Source: Ruegeria sp.
GTDB lineage: Bacteria > Pseudomonadota > Alphaproteobacteria > Rhodobacterales > Rhodobacteraceae
Assembly (NCBI RefSeq): GCF_028066395.1
Contig: NZ_JALCBM010000003.1
Span: 9,703 to 73,702, forward strand
Reading direction: 5' to 3'
DNA length: 64,000 nucleotides
Under the pieces are notes generated by a model, which worked only from the letters and a program-made list of their open reading frames with translations, had not been told where the DNA came from and searched no databases. Positions 58,325-64,000 of the stretch are shown piece by piece (position 1 is the first letter of the stretch; each line of letters starts with the position of its first letter). Both the position numbers and the translations under genes were made by a program.

Positions 58325-58657
58325 ATGAGACGGTTTGCCCTGATTTTGATGATCTGGCCGGGTTTTTTGGCGGCAGAGGAGTTTCGCACGCTGAATGGCG
58401 ATGAAATCCTGGCCGCTCTGACGGGTCAGAAACTGGATTATGGCGAGGGCGTCTGGCAGACCTTCGATGATACGATGCTGACGCAGTATTTTTCGGGCCG
58501 TCCCAGCGCGGGCCGCTGGGCGGTGCGCGAGGATCGCTATTGCTCGCTCTGGCCGCCCTCGGATCTGTGGGCTTGCTATGATGTGCAGCAAAGCGGCCAG
58601 ACCATCCGGTTTGTCGATGACGGTGGCGGCACCACCGACGGGGTTTATGCCGAATGA
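58325..58657 (+). CDS. Hypothetical secreted protein
   Basis: Signal-like N-terminus; L.G.EI...L.G and G.W.V..DRYCSLWPP...WACY pattern. Confidence 0.8.
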   Translation: MRRFALILMIWPGFLAAEEFRTLNGDEILAALTGQKLDYGEGVWQTFDDTMLTQYFSGRPSAGRWAVREDRYCSLWPPSDLWACYDVQQSGQTIRFVDDGGGTTDGVYAE

Positions 58658-59076
58658 ACCTGCCGCAGCGCCTGTCTGATTTCGAGGGGTGCTGGCAGTT
58701 GAATCGCACCATCCGCGATGCCCGTGCCGGGCAGGTGGTACAGGCCGAAGGGCAGGCGCATCTGCACCGGGCCGAGGACGGGTTGATCTATGAGGAAGAG
58801 GTCACGCTGCACATCCCCGGCCAGCCCGCGATGAAAGGCACGCGCCGGTATCTGTGGCGCGAGGAGCCAGACGGGATTGCGGTGTATTTCGACGATGGCC
58901 GCTATTTTCACAGGCTGAAACTGGGGCAGGCGCGGGTTTCGGATCACCATGATTGCCCGCCCGACAGCTATGACGCCGCCTATGATTTCAACGGCTGGCC
59001 CCGCTGGAGCGTGCGCTGGACCGTGTCCGGCCCCCGGAAATCCTATGAAATGGACACGGAATACATGCTGCGCTAG
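58654..59076 (+). CDS. DUF6314-like beta-barrel protein
   Basis: G.WQL.R.I.D, Y.EE, F.DGR.FH, H.C.PD.Y and V.GPRK.Y motifs; ATGA overlap. Confidence 0.85.
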   Translation: MNLPQRLSDFEGCWQLNRTIRDARAGQVVQAEGQAHLHRAEDGLIYEEEVTLHIPGQPAMKGTRRYLWREEPDGIAVYFDDGRYFHRLKLGQARVSDHHDCPPDSYDAAYDFNGWPRWSVRWTVSGPRKSYEMDTEYMLR

Positions 59077-59147
59077 CATAATCATATTGCAGTTTGAGCC
59101 TTCTAGGGGCATTGCTGTCGCGGAAATTCTGATCCGAATGGGGAGAT

Positions 59148-59741
59148 ATGAAGATGAGTGCAAATGTTCTGGCCAACGCCATTGGCCCGCGTGAGGGCAC
59201 GGCGCTGCGCGTCAAACAGGCGGTTTTGGTGGTTCTGGGCATCGCCGCCCTGGCCGTGGCCGCCAAGATCAAAGTGCCGATGTGGCCGGTTCCGATCACC
59301 ATGGGCACCTTTGCTGTCCTGACCATCGGCACCGCCTATGGCGCACGTCTGGGTCTGGTGACCATGCTGGGCTATCTGCTGATCGGTGCGCTGGGCTTTG
59401 ACGTATTCGCGGGCTCCTCGGCCGAGAAATACGGGCTGACCTACATGATGGGCGGCACCGGAGGGTATCTGGTCGGCTACCTGCTGGCGACCCTGCTGCT
59501 GGGCGCGCTGGCCGCGCGTGGTTGGGACCGGTCGGTTGGCAAACTGGCGCTGGCGCTGGTGCTGGCAAACGTGCTGATCTACGTGCCGGGCCTGCTGTGG
59601 CTGGGTCAGCTGTTTGGTTGGGACAAACCGATCCTGGAATGGGGCCTGACGCCGTTCCTGCTGGGTGACGCGATCAAACTGGCGCTGGCCGCGCTGCTGA
59701 TCCCGGCGCTGTGGAAGCTGGTGGGCGACGCGCGCGCCTGA
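59148..59741 (+). CDS. bioY: Biotin transporter BioY
   Basis: PVPITM, YLLIGALG..VFA, GGTGGYLVG and PFLLGD.IK motifs. Confidence 0.95.
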   Translation: MKMSANVLANAIGPREGTALRVKQAVLVVLGIAALAVAAKIKVPMWPVPITMGTFAVLTIGTAYGARLGLVTMLGYLLIGALGFDVFAGSSAEKYGLTYMMGGTGGYLVGYLLATLLLGALAARGWDRSVGKLALALVLANVLIYVPGLLWLGQLFGWDKPILEWGLTPFLLGDAIKLALAALLIPALWKLVGDARA

Positions 59742-59761
59742 TCCTGTTTCACCGTTTCTTC

Positions 59762-59797
59762 AAAGCCGCGTCCGATGCTGTTCGGGCGCGGCTTTTT
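59762..59797 (+). terminator. Rho-independent terminator of bioY
   Basis: AAAGCCGCGTCCGA / TCGGGCGCGGCTTTTT. Confidence 0.85.
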
Positions 59798-59879
59798 CGT
59801 GGCCGATCAATGCGACACTGGACAAAACACATTCGCGCAGGTCAATCTGATCCCAATGAAATGATCAGGTTATTGAGAT

Positions 59880-60437
59880 ATGCGTATTTTACTGAACACG
59901 GCGCTGGCCGGTTGCGCTGCTTGTTGGATCGGCATGACTCCGGCAATGGCGGAAACGCCGGTCACTTATACCGATAATGGCCGGGCGCTGTTTTCCTTTG
60001 CCATTCCCGATTTCTGGACCCTGCGCACTGGCGGTCCGCGCGATATCGAGGATACCGAACTGGGTGACCCCCGCGCCGTGGCGCGTGTCATGGGCATCCG
60101 GCCGGTGACGGATGAGACCGCATGGATGGGCTTTGTCTCACCCGCCGGGGTGGGTTCGATCCGGGGCGGGGTGCGGTATTTGCAGGATATCGACAAATTT
60201 CTGGTGAAAGAGCCCACAGTGACCAGCACCAGCGAAACCCGGATCGGAGGGCTGCCCGCCCGGGTCATCCGCGGCACCGGCAGCCGCGATGGGCGCGGGG
60301 TGAATTTCACCGTCGCTGTGGTCGATCTGCCGCGCGACCGCGTGGCCGTGATCGTGGCGGTGCTGCTGAGCGGGGCGAACCCGGATTATGTGGATGACCT
60401 GAATGACGTCTTCGCGTCGTTCCGGTCCGCACGCTGA
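59880..60437 (+). CDS. Hypothetical secreted protein
   Basis: Signal peptide ending AMA; FSFAIPD.W, IGGLPA and terminal ASFR pattern, suggestive of a PsbP/DcrB-like fold. Confidence 0.78.
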   Translation: MRILLNTALAGCAACWIGMTPAMAETPVTYTDNGRALFSFAIPDFWTLRTGGPRDIEDTELGDPRAVARVMGIRPVTDETAWMGFVSPAGVGSIRGGVRYLQDIDKFLVKEPTVTSTSETRIGGLPARVIRGTGSRDGRGVNFTVAVVDLPRDRVAVIVAVLLSGANPDYVDDLNDVFASFRSAR

Positions 60438-60448
60438 GGGAGGTCCGG

Positions 60449-60778
60449 ATGACACGCAAAATCCTGAAACGTTCCGTTCTGGCGCTGGGCCTTGGGGCAT
60501 CGGCCTTTACCCTTTCGGCCTGCGATGGCGTCACTTTGGGCGTGGGGGTCGGGTACGGGTATGACCCGTTCTACGACTCGATGCTGTGGAATGACTATTA
60601 CCACGACGTGGATGTCGATGTGGATGTGAACCGTCCCGATCGCCCGGACCGGCCCAAGCCGAAACCGCCGGTCGCAAAGCCGCCGATTGCTAAACCGCCG
60701 GCGCGTCCGCGTCCTCCGGCGGCGCGTCCGCCTGCGGCGCGACCTCCGATCCACCGCCCGCCACGCCCCCGGCGCTAG
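60449..60778 (+). CDS. Pro/Arg-rich lipoprotein
   Basis: GGAGGT RBS; lipobox LSAC; Tyr/Asp-rich segment followed by KPP/RPP repeats. Confidence 0.8.
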   Translation: MTRKILKRSVLALGLGASAFTLSACDGVTLGVGVGYGYDPFYDSMLWNDYYHDVDVDVDVNRPDRPDRPKPKPPVAKPPIAKPPARPRPPAARPPAARPPIHRPPRPRR

Positions 60779-60784
60779 GGGGGT

Positions 60785-61999
60785 TTAGGGAAGCAGCTCG
60801 GTCGTGATCTGGGCCGAGCCTTCCAGCGTGCGGTGCACCGGGCATTTATCCGCGATCTCCATCAGCTTGGCCTTTTGCGCATCGTCCAAAGGCCCGGACA
60901 GGCGGATTTTGCGGCGGAACAGGTCAACCTTCAGGTCACCCGCCAGCCCGGCATCCTGCGCATGGACCTTGTTGTGGCACACATCCACCGTGATCCCGGT
61001 CAGCGGCCACCGTTTGCGGCGCGCATACATGCGGATCGTCATCGAGGTGCAGGCCCCAAGCCCCGAGGACACGAAGCCATAGGGCGACATGCCCCGATCC
61101 GTACCGCCATAAGAGGCCGGTTCATCCGCAATTGCGTGATGACGCGGGCCGGACTGGATGTCCTGCAGGAAGCCACTGGAATCGACCTCGGTCACCCGCA
61201 CGACCCCTTCGGGCGCGCCGGGTGGCGGGGCGGGCGGGGAGAGTTTGACATAGCGCGTCACCCAGGCGGCGATCACATCTGCGGCGTATTCGGCATCTGC
61301 GGCGCGGGTGATCAGGTGATCGGCATCGTCCAGCGTGACAAAGCTTTTGGGGTGTTTGGCGGCCAGAAAGATGGTGCTGGCATTGTCGATGCTGACGGTC
61401 TCATCCCGGGGGGCGTGCAGGATCAGCAGCGCCGCCTTCAGATCGGCAATGGCCGGGGCCAGCGCGGTTTCCGAGATATCGTCTACAAACGCCTTGCCGA
61501 TGCGGAAGGGGCGACCGCCCAGCGTGACCTCGGCGCTGCCATCCTGCTCGATCTCGGGCAGGGCGTCCTCGAAATGATGCGCCACATGGCCGGGGTCTGC
61601 GGGCGCGCCCAATGTCACCACCGCCTTGACCGATGGGATACCGGCCCGTGCGCGCAGCACCGCAGCACCGCCCAGCGAATGGCCGATCAGCAGGGACGGG
61701 GCCATATCCCGCCCGGCCAGATACATCGCGGCGGCAATCAGGTCTTCGACATTCGAGGTAAAGGTGGTGTTGGCGAACTCACCCCCCGAATGGCCAAGCC
61801 CGGTGAAATCGAACCGCAGCACGGCGATCCCCATCGCCGCCAGCCGGGCCGAGACGCGCCGCGCCGCCGGAATATCCTTGGAGCAGGTGAAACAATGCGC
61901 AAACAGGGCCGTCGCCAGCACCGGCCCGTCCGGCAGGTCAAGCCGCGCGGCCAGTTTGCTGCCGTCATGGCCGGAAAAGAAGATGCGCTCGGTCGGCAT
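60785..61999 (-). CDS. Alpha/beta hydrolase-OsmC fusion protein
   Basis: FAHCFTCSKD, GHSLGG and DHL; C-terminal ADEP..GG, LGACT and IADKCPVH motifs. Confidence 0.94.
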   Translation of the reverse strand: MPTERIFFSGHDGSKLAARLDLPDGPVLATALFAHCFTCSKDIPAARRVSARLAAMGIAVLRFDFTGLGHSGGEFANTTFTSNVEDLIAAAMYLAGRDMAPSLLIGHSLGGAAVLRARAGIPSVKAVVTLGAPADPGHVAHHFEDALPEIEQDGSAEVTLGGRPFRIGKAFVDDISETALAPAIADLKAALLILHAPRDETVSIDNASTIFLAAKHPKSFVTLDDADHLITRAADAEYAADVIAAWVTRYVKLSPPAPPPGAPEGVVRVTEVDSSGFLQDIQSGPRHHAIADEPASYGGTDRGMSPYGFVSSGLGACTSMTIRMYARRKRWPLTGITVDVCHNKVHAQDAGLAGDLKVDLFRRKIRLSGPLDDAQKAKLMEIADKCPVHRTLEGSAQITTELLP

Positions 62000-62103
62000 G
62001 GGAACACTCCTGAATCATCAGGTCCCAGAGTGGTCCCGACCGGGCCGTGCTACAACCCGCCTGACACGCGCCTCACGCGGAGGTGACCTTTTGCGTCAAT
62101 ACG

Positions 62104-63447
62104 TTACGACTGACCCATCAAAGCGGCGTCAAACGGGTATTTGGTCAGGTTCTCGTATCCGTTATCTGTGATCAGCACCTGATCTTCCAGCTTGATCGAG
62201 AAATCGCCGCCCTCAGGCGAAACCAGCGCTTCGACGCACAAAACCATGCCGGGTTCCAGCGGGTAGTCATAGGCGCCTTCGACCGCCTGATCGGGATAGG
62301 ATAGCAGCGGCCATTCATCGCAAAGCCCGACACCATGCATGAAACAGCCGTATTTCTGTTTCTGATATTGGGCATCCAGCGGGTGACAATTGGCGATGAT
62401 CTCGGGGATCATGACGCCGGGTTTCAGCAGTTCCATATTGGCCATGATGTGCTCATGCGCGTGCTGCATGGCATAGACCATATCGGGCCGCGGTTTTTCA
62501 TCGCCAATCCACCAGCTGCGCGAGATGTCGACGCAGATGCCGTAAGAGCCGATCAGATCAGTATCGAACGAGACGATCTCGTTCTGCTGCGTGATCCGGG
62601 GGCCGCATTCCTGAAACCACGGGTTGGTGCGCGGGCCCGAGGCCAGCAGGCGGGTCTCGATCCACTCGCCCCCCCGGCGGATGTTTTCGGCGTGCAGAAC
62701 GGCCCAGATATCATCCTCGGAGGTTTTGCCATTGCCGACATTGGCGCGGGCGAACCGCTCCATCTCGGCCACGGCGGATTCGCAGGCGTGGCTGGCGCAG
62801 CGCATCGCCAGAATCTCGTCCGGGCCCTTGATGGCGCGGGTCTTTTCGGTGACCTCTTCGCCTTCCATGACCTCGAACCCTTGTGCTTCAAGCGCACGCA
62901 AGCCGTGCAGCATGATCTTGTCCACCGCCAGCCGCATATTGCCGCCGCCATGTTCTTCGATCAACACCCGGATTTCGTTCGACAGTGCGTCAGCGGCCAC
63001 ATCCACCTTGTCGCCCCGGTCGAAATAGAACAGGTCCGCGCCCGAGCGTTGTTCGCGCACCAGCGGGTTGAATTCGGACAGGAAGGGCGACTGTTTATAG
63101 TCCCAGATCACCATATACCCGTCGGCGCACAGCAGCAGTGCCCGGAACGGGTTGTGGGTGTTCCACAGCTGCATATTGGTGCTGTCGGTGGCGTAGCGGA
63201 TGTTCAGCGGATCGAACATCAACAACCCGCCATAGCCGCGATCCACGATGGCCTGGGTCAGCCGTTTCCAGCGAAATTCGCGCATCGCTTCAAGATTGGG
63301 CAGCTCCAGCCCGGCGACGGCCCATTCGGAAAAGGCAAGCTGAGTCGGGCCGATCTCGACCCGGTCATTGTCGTTTGGGGTGCCATCACCCAGAACCGCA
63401 CCACGCGTCGGGTCGATCTTTCTGGTGTCCCTGTAATGCCGGTTCAT
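62104..63447 (-). CDS. dddP: DMSP lyase DddP (M24 metallopeptidase fold)
   Basis: RKIDP, NIRYATDSTNMQLW, GGEWIETRLL.SGPRTNPWFQEC, DTD and HGVGLCDEWP motifs; start MNRHY after GGGAGG. Confidence 0.93.
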   Translation of the reverse strand: MNRHYRDTRKIDPTRGAVLGDGTPNDNDRVEIGPTQLAFSEWAVAGLELPNLEAMREFRWKRLTQAIVDRGYGGLLMFDPLNIRYATDSTNMQLWNTHNPFRALLLCADGYMVIWDYKQSPFLSEFNPLVREQRSGADLFYFDRGDKVDVAADALSNEIRVLIEEHGGGNMRLAVDKIMLHGLRALEAQGFEVMEGEEVTEKTRAIKGPDEILAMRCASHACESAVAEMERFARANVGNGKTSEDDIWAVLHAENIRRGGEWIETRLLASGPRTNPWFQECGPRITQQNEIVSFDTDLIGSYGICVDISRSWWIGDEKPRPDMVYAMQHAHEHIMANMELLKPGVMIPEIIANCHPLDAQYQKQKYGCFMHGVGLCDEWPLLSYPDQAVEGAYDYPLEPGMVLCVEALVSPEGGDFSIKLEDQVLITDNGYENLTKYPFDAALMGQS

Positions 63448-63570
63448 CGCTTGCCTCCCTGCTTGCTGTTCGAACGTGGCCAAATCTGCTGCCGCAGTCG
63501 CGGTGGTTTGCGACTGCGCATGGGTCGCTTTTTGACCGACAAAAGCGGGCTTGGGTGCTAGACCGATCCC

Positions 63571-64000
63571 ATGGCGACCATATTGCAGACCCAGATCCCT
63601 TACGACCCGCTTGTTGAACGGAACTTACCGGGTATTCAACCGACTGACATGCAGGACTGGCTGCACCGGGACGATGCCTTTGCCGCCCAGATGCGGCACC
63701 GGGAAACCCTGTTGACCACCCGCCGGGACGAGGTCCTGGCCCTGGACCCGTCAGCAGAACCCGCCGCGCAAGAGCTGCTGGATACGGTGTTGCAGCAACT
63801 TTATCCCGGAGCCGACGCCAGCATCACGCGGCCCGACGGGATGCAGGTTGTCATCGACCGATCCGATCCGCTGGGCACCCTGTGTCTGCTGGCGCAGGAG
63901 GATTTCTGCATTCTGCAAAAACAGGGGGATGAGCATGTCCTGACGGGTGCAATCCTGTGTTTTCCGGCCAGTTGGCGCCTGTCCGAGAAATTCATGCGCC
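63571..64000 (+). CDS. DUF3445 (heme-dependent oxidative N-demethylase alpha-like) protein, runs off window
   Basis: Not in the track. Reads MATILQTQIPYDP..LPGIQP...DWL..D..FAAQM..R ... QEDFCILQK..EHVLTGAILCFPASWRLSEK. Confidence 0.85.
   Translation, partial: MATILQTQIPYDPLVERNLPGIQPTDMQDWLHRDDAFAAQMRHRETLLTTRRDEVLALDPSAEPAAQELLDTVLQQLYPGADASITRPDGMQVVIDRSDPLGTLCLLAQEDFCILQKQGDEHVLTGAILCFPASWRLSEKFMR

Overview
GC-rich chromosomal core region of a marine Rhodobacteraceae (Roseobacter-group) bacterium, inferred from dddP, soxBDAG, the alphaproteobacterial LexA box, a tRNA-His without G-1 and gene order. Housekeeping content: partial kpsS-like capsule gene, ribE/ribB(X)/ribH/nusB, 6S RNA, mmcB, tRNA-His-dusA, ccmI-ruvX, soxBDAG, sodB, ATM1-type ABC transporter, an RND pump, yfgM-bamB-der, serS, MscS, yajC-secDF, ccmABCDG, acnA, an isolated fliG-like gene, purB, bioY and dddP. 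I see no transposase, integrase, prophage or CRISPR array. The most interesting signals are intergenic or very small. (1) A 128-nt nested-stem element at 22826-22953 resembles an IS110-family 5' non-coding end (bridge-RNA-like) but has no recombinase behind it. (2) An unlisted 50-aa secreted Cys peptide (56658-56810) shares a C-x2-G-x2-[FW]-D-x5-C motif with the adjacent secreted TPR protein. (3) A low-GC islet carries two convergent, distantly paralogous secreted proteins. (4) A C-rich-loop sRNA candidate lies at 11586-11674. (5) A dispersed intergenic repeat occurs three times. (6) Clear operator sites are present (ArsR doublet, LexA, FnrL-like, TetR-like). All family assignments come from motif recognition by eye; no database searches were run.
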